A DNA stretch of 64,000 bases from Eledone cirrhosa (Eukaryota), in contig OZ024740.1 of the NCBI GenBank assembly GCA_964016885.1, positions 243,040,001 to 243,104,000 on the forward strand, in the 5' to 3' direction. How positions within the stretch are numbered: the stretch's first letter is position 1; every line of letters begins with the position of its first letter. The position numbers were made by a program, and so were the translations under genes. Shown in pieces: positions 38,647 to 50,480 of this stretch. A model generated the notes under the pieces. The model was not told the DNA's origin. It saw only the letters and a program-made list of their open reading frames with translations, and ran no database searches.

Positions 38647-40231
38647 CACTCAGTCTTCTAGAAAATGCAACCAAATCTCAATATAATTTCATCTTATTTT
38701 CTTTAAAAAAAAATGAAAGAATATATTGGTTAATGTAGTCCTGGATACACTATATCTAAAAAAATTTGGGATGTTCTTGCTCAATTCAGGATAGGGATGA
38801 GATGTAACTGGATCACAACAACAAATGGAACATTACAGTGAAAAATAATTAGTCTATATATAGCTTCAATCATAAGAATATTACAAAGGTAGAAAGATCT
38901 TATTAATTTTATTTCTGATATAAACCTCTGAAATGTTATATATAGACTAAGAGATTAAAGTTAAAGTGTATGAAGAATAGGAGAGTAAGAATCTGTTTTA
39001 TATTCATTCTTTTGAAAATCTTAATTTTCATACCAAAAGAAAGAAATTAGAAGCCATTCCAGCATATCCCTCTAGAGATACGCTTTCATCATAGCAAGCT
39101 GCATCCAAAACTAAATAATCCACTTAGAGAGAAGGCGAACAAAAGAACACAGATTTCAGCTGACTGATTTCAAACTTAATCTCGGATATCAATCCAGTAG
39201 TTCTGACATCTAAACTTAAAATACTTCGTATGGTTGGAAATAGAATTGAATTGTTCAATGTCCAACAATCTCAAGAAGCTTAAGGTTATTCTTGTATTCC
39301 ATTTGTGCTATTTTATCATTTCTGTCCAACTATCTGCATGATGTTTATTTATTTTAACACTTTTCATGCAGATTTCTTTAGCAAAACTTTGAAATATTAT
39401 CAACTTTATTTCCATGAACATTTTATATAACTTCTCAAACAGGCTGGAGACCATGCATCTCTCTTAAATACATGTTTGCCCTCTTCAGAATGCATTGAGT
39501 GCATTTTATCATAGCACCAACATTAGGGAGATTGGAGTCAACCTATTGTTTGGCAGGTTTTCTATGGCTGAATGCCCTTCCTATCACTAACCACTTTACA
39601 AAGTATATTGGGTGCATTTTATCATGCCACCAGCACTAGAGAGATTGAAACAACTAAAGGGTTCTATCAACCCTTTTTTGGCATGGTTTCAATAGCAGGA
39701 TGTCCTTCCAACCACTTTACAATGTGTATAGAGTGTGCTTTATAATGACTTTAGCACTAGGAAGATTGTGAGTCATTGGCTCACCTATAGATTTCTCTTC
39801 ATCCTATTGTGTGGGTATAATGGGGTAGGAAAATAAGATGAGGGTAGGAAGAAACAAGTATAATATCATGGGTACAAGACATACTAAAAAGTTATAGTTG
39901 GTGTGTTAAGGAGTGATCTTGGAGAAAGTGGGGGTAGTGTTGGAATCACATATTTTATGCTGGGAGACAAGTCTTCTTCAGTATTGCAGGCCACCAATCA
40001 TTGCAGTCCTTTGTCATCTTTATTGACAACTCCACTTACCAGACACATACAACACAGGACAAAGTAAAAATCAATCATGTTCAATAAAACTATACCCAAC
40101 CCTCTCTACATAACAACAAAACCAACCTGCACCAATTACTAGAATTGGGCAGCAGTCATCATCATCAGGTTGCAGCCATGGTATTAAATAGTTTCTATAT
40201 TACATTGCCGAAACCACTACCTCATTACGTA

Positions 40232-40570
40232 ATTGGCTTGAACTGTTACTTGGAAGAGTCTGATTTTGGTGTGGTTGGAAAGATTTGAGCACCAAACTTG
40301 ATCCATCTTGTTGCAAGTTGACCATGCTTGCGCTTTTCTGGTGCCAAAATCCTTTCCAGAGTCCACACCAAATTCAGACTCTTCCAAATAACAATTCAAC
40401 CAATCTTACTATATGAAAGTGAATCATGAACGCTTTCATCCAAACAACAACAGTGCCGTGATGGCACCTACACTCGCCTACTGCGACGCATTCAGAACAT
40501 AAGCTGACAACATCTAACTTTGAAAGAAATACATGCCAGCCTCCCACGCATATCTGTTGTTGTACGTAAA
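40232..40570. mobile_element. RTE-like relic with inverted 5' segment
   Basis: Minus 40232-40400 reads AWSTCNKMDQVW...KIRLFQVTVQ. Plus 40400-40570 reads PILLYESES*TL...DGTYTRLLRRIQNI, the natural continuation. Confidence 0.7.
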
Positions 40571-40888
40571 ATTAATTAATAACAAACGGTGCAAGCAGAT
40601 GATGACATAATTGGCATTGTATCCACCCTTAATCGCTATAACCACCAGAAATAATCTCTAAACATATATTCATGACAAACCTAATCCAATAGAAACACAC
40701 TAATATATATATACACACACACAAATGAACAAGATCATGTGACCAGCCTGCTTGTTACCATAAACCACCCACCTAGCCTATTACCACTTTCTACATGAAG
40801 ATTGCTTTTCTTATGTGTCCAAATGATATAATCGAAATGTAGCTACTTATCGGAGTTTAACTAAGCTACTGGGGAAAGATAAGCTACA

Positions 40889-42040
40889 AGGAGGCAGCCC
40901 GTCTATGAGAGCAGTATCTCAAAATAAATAAAACTGTACAAGGTAGACACAGATTCTGTAAGCAAGCAGAAAGACAGCCCATCTAAGAGAGTAGCAATTC
41001 TAAATAAATAAGACTACATAGGCAAGCACTCTGTAAATCATAAAGGAGACAACCTATCTAGGAAATCAGTTATTCTGAATTAAAACTGATATAAAGTAAG
41101 AAGAATTCTTAAGTCATGACTTTAGCAGCATGGTGTATAAATGTTATTGAGACACGAGTAACATAATAATGATGGGGAACTTAAAGTTGTTAGTTTTATA
41201 GGGTTCTGACCGGAAGTTACAGAAAGGGTTCTACTTCCTGTCTAGAGAGCGTTAATCTATTAGGGATGTGAGTGTTACAACAAGAGAGGCAACTCCTGCT
41301 ACATGACAAACAACCTCTCTAGTGCTGGTGGCATAAAATGCACCCAGTCAATGCTGTAAAGGGTTGGTGGTAGGAAGAGCATCGAGCCATAAAACTCCTA
41401 CCAAAAAACGATGACTAGCATAACCTATAATATTAAAAATTATTCAGTATACAAGACCAACACCAGACTAATGTAGCCTAGAGTGAGAACCCCTCAATCA
41501 TGATCAAGCAATCACAGAATCCCTTTCAGATACAGAGAGCTGTTACCAAAAGACAAGCCAACCACTAATGGACTCCCCTCTAATGTAAGCCACTTCAAAG
41601 TTGTCATATTCAATGTAGGCACACTAAAAGGCAGATCAGGTGAAAATGGTAGATACTTGAATGAACACATGTGTACAGGAGATGAAAGGGTGAGGTGCAT
41701 CAGCCAGACTCCTTGCAAGCAAACAGTATAGATATATATACTCTTCTGGGTAGGAAATGATGAGTGGACAGATAAGTTAATTGAGGAAGTAAATGACAGA
41801 ATGATCAAGTTCAGAATAGTCAGGAGCAGTAGAATGCTCCATAACCAGTAAATAACAAAAGGACCATTTTTATGAGGACCTTTACAAAAAACTTCAGTTA
41901 CAGATGACAGAGGCCTCATCATCATAGATGGTAAATCCACTGGAACTGTTAGGCAGCACCAGAAAGGCTATTTTGGAGTATTTGGTCGCTATGGATATCC
42001 CTTAAGAAACTCAGAGAGAACTAAACTCACCTGCCAAAAA
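40889..42040 (+). mobile_element. Old RTE 5' portion: triplicated UTR motif and APE endonuclease relic
   Basis: Three ~75-80 bp units at 40889, 40971 and 41043. FNVGTLKGRSGE at ~41608, then ASARLL and LFWVGND. Confidence 0.6.
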
Positions 42041-42707
42041 TAAACTACAGGTGCACAACAGGTGTAGTGGGATCAGAGGTAGGCTGACAGAGAACAACGA
42101 CTTTTGTTATTTAGTTTACTTCATTCGTAATGGTGATGATTAGGGAAGCACCTATAAGTAAATTGGCTGATTACCGATTAATTGACCTTCGATTAATAGG
42201 CCACCAACTATTCATAATGCAATTATATATTGTGATATGCAAATGAGCATTATGATTAATTGAAATATATTATATTTCATAATTACTTGCAATTATAGAG
42301 CTATAAATTATATGAGAACATATGATGATAATATTAGACTGAATTTACTGTCGGAGTCTGCAAGAAATCAGCTATAAATTATATAAATTTAGTGAAGGTA
42401 TGTGGCTTAGTGGTTAGAGAGTTGGATTCGCAATCTCACGATTGCAAGTTCAATTCTTGGACTGGGTGATGTGTTGTGTTTGAGCAACTTTATTTGAACA
42501 CTTTATTTCATGTTGCTCTTTCTGCCAAGAGTTGTGACCAGTAGATAGTATCAGCAATGGAAACATTGTTTACTTGGTCCAACTTAACAAGGTCCACCCC
42601 ACTCAGCAAGTGAATGAAGTCTGGGATCTCATCAGTTGATCAGAGCAATATAAATTACAAATTCTTAAATTTGATTATTAAATTGTTTTTTTTTAGTAAG
42701 TTAAAAT

Positions 42708-42836
42708 AATTGTTTCTACTTTTGGCACAAGGCCAGCAATTACCCGGTACTTTTTGGCACAAGGCCAGCAATTACCCAGTACTGGTACTTTATTTTATCG
42801 ACCCCGTAAGGATGAAAGGCAAAGTTAACCTCGGCA
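42708..42836 (-). mobile_element. SINE fragment with internal tandem duplication
   Basis: ttttggcacaaggccagcaattaccc occurs twice in succession. Confidence 0.85.
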
Positions 42837-43269
42837 AAATAATAGGAACCATTGTTGCTGTAAAATGTTAGAATACCCTTAAATAAAGATGTAATCAGAA
42901 TCTGATTATAATTTCTAAATCAATTCCTTTTTTTAATGATAAATTAAACTCATATCCTTACAGGTTGGTAGGAGGGTCTCCTTTCCACTTTGACATCCTT
43001 TAATCTACAGGAAATTACCATCCCCATTCCTGGGCAGTCCCAAGTCATTTTTAGTTGTGTAGATCAATGTCTTTGAACACTAGGAACTGAGTTATATTAG
43101 ACTGGTGGGCTTAGATTGCATGTCCTATGAAATAATATGTTTATGTATATATATGTGGAATCAAATGTGTTTTCCAAATTTCTGTGTCACACATGGTTTC
43201 TTTACTCCAAAGCAACAATGGCCAATTATCAAAACCAATTAATTTTTTATATTGATTGTCTACCAACTA

Positions 43270-43740
43270 ATCAAGGTTAACCTAATGGTGAGTATTCCCA
43301 AAATATAGTAACCTGAGTAAGACAGGGTGGAGAAAGTTCAGGAAACTATTGCCTCTACTGGCAACAAAGAAATTCACTTTTTCAATGAAGGGTGGATTGT
43401 ATGATATTTGTGTACTAAATGCAATGTTGCATGGTAGATAAACATGGGCACTGACAGTGGAGCATGTGCAAAAGATGGAAAGAAATGGACAGAACATATG
43501 GAATGAGAGATAAACTAGGTGTTAAAGGAATTAGACATAGTGTACAAGAGAGAATACTATGGTGATATAAATATGTGATACATATAGAAGATAGCCAAGT
43601 GGAAGGAATCTACAGAAGAGGAAGACATGGGAAATAGTGATGAAGGCTGAACCTCATGACAGAGATGACATAGGACTGCCATAAAAGATGAGATACTGTC
43701 CTTGAGAAGACACATGAGGAGGAGAATGATTAGGACATAT
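43270..43740 (+). mobile_element. Old RTE 3' fragment
   Basis: TGWRKFRKLLPLLATKKF...AMLHG. Confidence 0.8.
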
Positions 43741-44199
43741 ATAACCCATGAGAAGAAGAATGATTATATATTCTACCATGCCCAAGTTTATGACTGATAT
43801 ATATCAGCACTCATTGAATGTTTGACAGTTGTGATCAGATGCAATGTTATGATATTCATAATTGTTTCTACTTTAGGCACAAGGCCAGCAATTATCCAGT
43901 GCATTACTGGTACTTTATTTTATCGACCCCGTAAGGATGAAAGGCAAAGTCAACCTCAGCGGGATTTGTACTCAGATCGTAATCATAATCAGATACAATA
44001 TTAAAGAACTTTATACATGTTAAGAAACAATCCAACAGGGAGATGGATTAAGCTCTACTACACTGGAGGGAGCTAGCTCTGTCAGATCCTGTTACAGAGG
44101 AGGATAGACTGAAGTAGAAAGTTTGGGGAAATTTGTGTTTGAGAGACACTTTCAACTCTCTCTTTGATCAATCTGATCAATTCTCAAGATGCTACTTTC

Positions 44200-44770
44200 T
44201 GTGAGTATGAAATTCTTAGGAGACTATTGGCCTACTCAGTTTGGGTGAGCTCCACATCTTCCTTGTACTCAAAGTGGGAGTTAATGTATATGGGTGGATT
44301 GAAATGTTGCTGTGGTAGGCCCCTTGATTCTACAGGTCTTCATCATTTGTTTTGCCACCTGAATGCAGGTTGCTTAGCTCACCATACTGAGCTCAACTTA
44401 ATTATTAAGTGGGCCCTGGCTCGGGTAAATATCTCTTCAATTCCAGAGATGGCTGGATTGTCCAGAGTTGATGATAAAAAAACAGACAGTCTTACCATTT
44501 GTACCTGAGTAAGAAATAAATGTCTCATTTGGGATACCACGGTTAGTGACACTTTTGCTCTTTCTCACATCATGGATGCTGCAGTAGAAGTGAGGGTCAC
44601 TGCTTCTTGCCAAACGGAATAAAATTCTAAAATATCAGGAATCATTAGCAAACTATTTCTTCCAGACTGTGCCAATCAGGATGTTTGGTAGAGCTGGGTA
44701 ATCCTGCAAGCATATTGGCTTGCCTCAAAAAGTATTAGAGAGAGGCTCCTTGTGGTGTGTGGCCAATTGA
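44200..44770 (+). pseudogene. CRE-clade C-terminal relic (CCHC knuckle + restriction-like endonuclease)
   Basis: CCCGRPLDSTGLHHLFC...HHTELN...KKTDSLT...LIWDTTVSDTFA, resembling RH...RPDG...WDxTVxDT. Confidence 0.7.
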
Positions 44771-45190
44771 GACAGTGTTGAATTAATATTTTCTTTTGTT
44801 TTGATTTTATATTTTTATGTGAATATTTATGTAATTAAGTATTGTATATATTATTGGTGTGTAAATTTTCATTCTATAAGAATTATAAAATTTGTAATGT
44901 TATGTAAGAGATGTGTAGTTGTTTTTAATTGAAAGTAGAGATTTCAGTTCATTTCAGATTGCCTTAGTTGAAATGTCACAAAAACAAATTTCTAATTAGT
45001 TAATTAGTTGGTGACTCGTGTCTTAAGATCACAATCTAGTTGTGCATAAATCTTCTGATGTACAGAATCATTCCACATTATTGCGAATGAAAATATAAAC
45101 CAGTTTAACAAAAAGTTTACATTCACTCTCCACTTTCCATTTTTATATAAGAGATAATAATCAAAAGAATGGAGCAGAACAATAACTCAC

Positions 45191-45262
45191 CAAGTTTTTT
45201 CCTTCAAATATTTGTTTGATGTTCTCTGCCACTAATTTATCAAGAGCTTCAATCCGACCAGC
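45191..45262 (-). CDS. Candidate host exon (72 nt, AGRIEALDKLVAENIKQIFEGKNL)
   Basis: tatgtatttatatcag | exon | gtgagt. Single open frame, phase 0 to 0, compatible with 35910-35987. Confidence 0.55.
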
Positions 45263-45275
45263 CTGATATAAATAC

Positions 45276-45310
<35 letters not shown>

Positions 45311-45311
<1 letters not shown>

Positions 45312-48264
45312 CTTTCTTTATTAACCACAAGGGTTTACACAAAGTAGACATTCAGGACAGTACAGGACAATATAGGACGGTACAAATGGGAATTTCTGCG
45401 TGTAAAAAACAAAAACACAGGATGTAACAAAAAAATAAGAATGAAAAATTCCCCAATACGGGGGAGACTTCCGAGGGACATTCATGGAGAAAGCCCATTA
45501 AAAAGCCACAGTGACCCTGACCACCAGGACAAGTGCCCTCTTCCAGTTTTCCACCTTTAATTTACAGACACATACTCAGAGTAGGCCCATTTACTCGGGC
45601 CATTCTTGCCTCTCTCACCCATCTTTCAACAAAATGCTGGGAAGAGAGCACTTCCCTCTCTACCATGATTTTCCTTTTCAAATGAAATTTGAAAAGGTTA
45701 ATCAGGGCATCACCGAAGAGGTAAGTGCTCGTCTTCAGCCCTTTCAAACGTGTCCACCATACTATCTCTTTCGCCATGGCCACCAGACAGATAAAAACTG
45801 CCTGCCCTTCCCGGCTAAAGGAAGAGGGCGGGGCAATCCTCACGATGGTCGTACATACGACAGCAGGTGTTCGACATAAACCCACAAGTCAGCAATGCTT
45901 GGACACTGGACGAGTGCATGCAGGACGGTTTCATCGCCCTGTGCGCATCTCGGACATGCCCGGCTGACGGCACCTCCATGCCTGTAGAGTTTATCCAGAA
46001 CTGGCAAAGCTCCTCGGTAGCACTGCCAGGCCAGGGATTTCTGGAAGTTGTCCATAAGCCCGAGCCCGAAAGTTCTTCCGAAGAGATTGGCTAGTTGATT
46101 TTTGTTGACGCCTAGAGTTTCCCCAAGCACGTCATCGCTCTTCCCCTCCACTAATCCTCTATAGAACGCCAAGGTGGAGTTTCCACCGATCACATTGCCC
46201 GATTGGTCGAGGGCTGTGAGCGCCTGAAGACATTCCAGTCTCCAAGCGCTCCCTCTCGGTCTTCGCTTGACCCAGGACTGCAGCTCCGTGAAGGAGACGG
46301 GCTGGGGAAAGACGCGTCAAGCAAACGGCGACCACACCTGATCACCGTCGAGGAAGAGGTGGAGATGTCGTAGCCTGAGCGCGTGTCTGCGCATCATCAG
46401 CCACGGCATGCTCAGCCCTCCATGTAGCGGGTGTTGACAGCAGATGGGCCGCCTTACCATCGGAGCGCGTCCCTTCCACAAAAAACGAAAGAGCAAACGC
46501 TCCAGCGCAGTCAGGCGGTGCTTAGGACAAGGTACGACGGTCAGGCGGTAGTAGATGACGGACGCGATGTATGCGTTAGCCACCTACACTTGACTTTTCA
46601 GGGATAGCTTCCTCTCTGCTCATTTCTGGGTGAGAGAAGCCACCCTGCTCGTCACCTCGTCCCAGTTTTTGTCCGTCTGGAGGTCCGGACCGAACCAGAC
46701 CCCTAGCAATTTAACCGGTCCGTCCGACCAGCGCCCGACGACGTTGTTGGATGGCATGGACCTGCCTCTCCAGGTGCCGAGCTGGAGGCCCACTGACTTT
46801 TCCTGGTTGATCATTGCTCCTGTCACCGCTTCGTATTCTCTTAGTGTAGTGCCGATCGCCTCGATGTGTTTGGCGTTCGACACCACTACGGTAACATCGT
46901 CCGCATATACTGACACGGATCTTCCACATCCTAGTTCATGCGGGATCCCCCTCAACGTCTCCAGTGTGTGCAGTAATGTCTCAAGAGTCAATACGTACAA
47001 GAGGGGACATCCTTGGTGGACCGAGCGCATGATGTTGAACGGTTCCGAAAGGTGACCGTTCACTCTCACCACAGAGCAGATGTCGGTGTGCATGGCAGCG
47101 ATCCAGCCTCTGAAGATGGGCCCAAAGCCAGCCGCCCTCAGGACTGCCGCTAGGTAATGATGGTCAACCCTATCGAAAGCTTTCGACTGATCTAAATTGA
47201 TCAAGGACCCACCCATGCCAGGTTCCCTAGCTACCCTCTCCACGATGTATCGCATGAGGTGGAGGTTGTCGTGGATGGATCTGTCTGGAATGGCACATGT
47301 CTGTGCCTCTCACACCAGACCACCAACGACAAGCGCCAACCTCTTTGCTAGCACCTTGGCCAAAATCTTGAACTCTGTGTTTAGCAGAGTTATGGGCCTG
47401 AAATTATCTATGTTATCCCCCTTGTTTGGATCCTTTCTCAGCAGCGCCACCGCTCCTCGGCTCACGGAGCTGGGAAAATCTTCCGTTCTGTTGCCAGTTG
47501 CAGTAGACGTCCGCTAAGAGGCCTCCGAACAAGTCTGGCATCTGTACGTAAAGTTCATAGGCAGACCATCCAAACCAGGCGATTTACCCCTTGTGCAGCC
47601 AGTCATTGCCTCCCGTACTTCAGCGGCTGTTATCGGCTTTTTGCAACACTTCGCCTCAGTGGCCGAGAGCCGCGGCTGTCCGTCGAGGTAGACACTAAAG
47701 TTCATTCCTCGATCCGGCCCACCGCTGCCCCCAAACAGCTGTGCGAAGTGTCGCTGAAAAGCTTCACACATTTGCCCGGGATCGAGTAGCATGTGCCCGT
47801 CGTGGTCCACCAAAGACCAGATCGTGGCTTTGTTGCCACGACGCGCCTCCACCACTCGGGCCCATTGAACGACTTTCGTTCCCTCGTGTCTGAGAGCACG
47901 CACCCTAGCTCTGACAGCGCAGCCTTCGTGCTTTGCATTGAAGACTTGGTCAAGGGCCAATTTCGCCGCAAGTACGTCGGTTGCGATGCCTTTGCTAAGC
48001 GCCTCGTCTAATTTTCTAACTAATTCTCCCTCTGCTCTATTTTTCTCTATAGCTAAAGCCTTACTAAACCTAATGGACTCTATTCTAATCACTCTTTTCA
48101 GAGCAAACCGCCACTTGTTGTTGACGATGGCCCCCGTCAACGCCCGCTTAACTAGTTCGCTAATCCGGTCTCTGTAGGCCTTGCACGCTGGTAAGGACGC
48201 GTTTAGCTTCCAGTAGCCGGGTCTTCGTCTATGAAGCCTATCTAAGTCAAGCACACAGATCACG
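45311..48264 (-). mobile_element. 5'-truncated L1/Tx1-clade LINE inside an (AAT)n tract
   Basis: GYWKLNASL, KSPGLDGLP, LDQSKAFDRVDH, QGCPL, YADD and C-terminal CPRC...ETVLHALVQC. GC-rich, with frameshifts. (AAT)n on both flanks. Confidence 0.93.
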
Positions 48265-48430
48265 AATAATAATAATAATAATAATCATAATAAGACAACA
48301 CAACATTGAAACTAATAGTATTATACAGAACATAATTATTTTAAAAAACACAATTTTCAGAGTTTTAGATTGTTCAAGCAATTAGATTGTTCAAGCAGAA
48401 AAAAACATTTTTTTTATTTATTCACCTTAC

Positions 48431-48465
48431 CTATGGCTGAGGTGATAGCTTGCATTATTTATAGA
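48431..48465 (-). other. Exon-like 35-nt segment with strong splice sites, out of phase with the next exon
   Basis: tcttgtgttatatttag | 35 nt | gtaagg. Confidence 0.3.
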
Positions 48466-48804
48466 CTAAATATAACACAAGACCAAAACATTTCCAAATT
48501 GTTTACTTACAAAAAATGAAATAAACGAATTCAAACAAAAGTCTATAGTTTTTCAGCAATGAATAAAAGGTATAATGAACATGAGGTTAACTCAAACATC
48601 CTGTACCACATAAAACCACATTAGCAAGATATTGGTGAGAAGTATAAAACAACACTACGACTGCATTACATGAAAAATTGAAGTCTTTGCTTCAGTTTAC
48701 TACAAATTTTCACAAAGATTGGTCCACTAGCAAAGATACTATAAACTTTTAAATTAACAAACTCATTTTTAGATATTTTCAGCTAAAACAAAAGTCCTGC
48801 TGCT

Positions 48805-49265
48805 CATCATTTAGAGGAAGGCAGTCCATCTAGGAGAAGCCAAACTCTGATTTTAAACCTCCACTGCCTTGTGGCTATATAAACTCATAGGAAAGGCTTT
48901 GAAAATAAACCAAGGATAAATCCGGGGCCAGAGTCCCTAAGACAGTTCATTGTTATATCAAACCTTTTCTGGCAACTCCTCCAGCACTGGTAGTACCAAG
49001 TTGTATAGACCCCTGCCTTTCCCTTAGACAACTATGGTAGCCTAGAGATGGTAGACAAGCTGCATGCCAAACTGCCGATCTCTCATAAAACCCTGCCCAG
49101 GCTTTCCCTGGTGATGGCAAAACATGGTAAACAGTAGCCTACCAGTTATAAGCCAGCACATGATTGGTGTAGAGCTAGATGCCAGAGGCTGTTTTCGATG
49201 GAGGAAGAGGCAATCACACCTCACTGGACAGCTACCACCTGCCTCAAGCTGGGCAGCCCACCTGC
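48805..49265 (+). mobile_element. RTE-type 5'UTR relic
   Basis: ggcagtccatctaggagaagccaaactctgattttaaacctcc...ctcactggacagctacc...ctcaagctgggcagccc, recalled as typical of RTE 5' leaders. Confidence 0.5.
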
Positions 49266-49358
49266 TGTGCATGGGCTTAGGGTATAGTAGGTATCACTAT
49301 GAATTTTTGAAAATATTTAAATCTAACTTCTACTACACTTTTTCTTGGAGAGCACCCC

Positions 49359-49390
<32 letters not shown>

Positions 49391-50224
49391 AAAGAAGCAT
49401 TTTGATACCTCATTTCTGAAATTTGGATGAATAGTTTAGAAAATATGACAATTTGAATGGTCAATCAATTGGTCGAAATCTTGTTTAATTAGGTCTAAAT
49501 GGATAATTAGGTGTGTTTGTGATATTATATCTTTGAAACTGAGGTGATAATCATTTTCAAATTACACAAATTAATAGTGTCCATGGGATAGGAGTTACCT
49601 GTTGTTTTTTTTTTCAGGTTCTTGAAAATGAAACTTGTTGAGGGGGGGGGGTGACAATTTTTAAAATATGTAAAGCCTATTTTGTTGCATATAACAAACA
49701 GTTGATTTTACGATGCAAGCGTAAGCTTTTCATGTGTTTTCAAAACTTGGTAAATTCAAAAATACAAGCCTTCGAGTTTTAGTACACTTGCAAGTAGGTA
49801 TAGAACTAAATAAATTTTGAGATTTGGCGATATGATACCATTTCAATAAAACTTTAATGGACGATTAAAAATGGCTATAAACAATTAAATTAGTGATTAA
49901 AGGAGATTGCAAGCTTTTCATGCATTTTTAGACATGGCTATATTGTGATCGGTTATCTGGGGGGGGGGGGGGATATACAACTGAATTCTGTGGAAGGGGC
50001 AACATGCAGTTTGCTTGATCATTTTCATGTCAAAATACATTTTTTCCATGGACAATTACATATCATTTAAAAGTTCTGGATGTGGACTTTCTTCTCGTAC
50101 ACTTTTGATCAAAATCCCACACTTACATATGCCAGGATGCAAATTCAATATGGCATTTGCTGAGGGTTAGAAGTTAACCAAAGTGTTACTGTCTTATTTA
50201 ACTGGCTACTATTGTGACTGCTGT

Positions 50225-50480
50225 TTTTTCTAGGATCTTCTTCCAATGTCATTTGTCATGCAGGGGTCCATGCTCTTTACATGCTTCTTGGTATGTTGCA
50301 TATACCCTTCCTCCAAAGCACCTGAGATCCTCAAACAATATGAAGAAGTAGCCATAAAAACACACACTGTTGTTGGGATGGACATTGTAAACGTGCCCAA
50401 TAGCATCACTTGCCTTGACTTCATGATCTTCCACTAAATAATCCTGTTTCCTTCAATTCCAGTCTTGTAATTCATCTAGG
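50225..50480 (-). pseudogene. Helitron RepHel fragment
   Basis: DAIGHVYNVHPNNSVCFY...FEDLRCFGGRVYATYQEACKEHGPLHDK*HW, resembling IGRVYTVHP...CFY...SFEDLR...TYREAC..LGLL.DD..W. Confidence 0.75.

Noticed and set aside
42397-42470. tRNA-like sequence with A and B boxes
   Set aside because: No acceptor stem, and it continues into a SINE body also seen at 19090-19240. It is a SINE head, not a tRNA gene.
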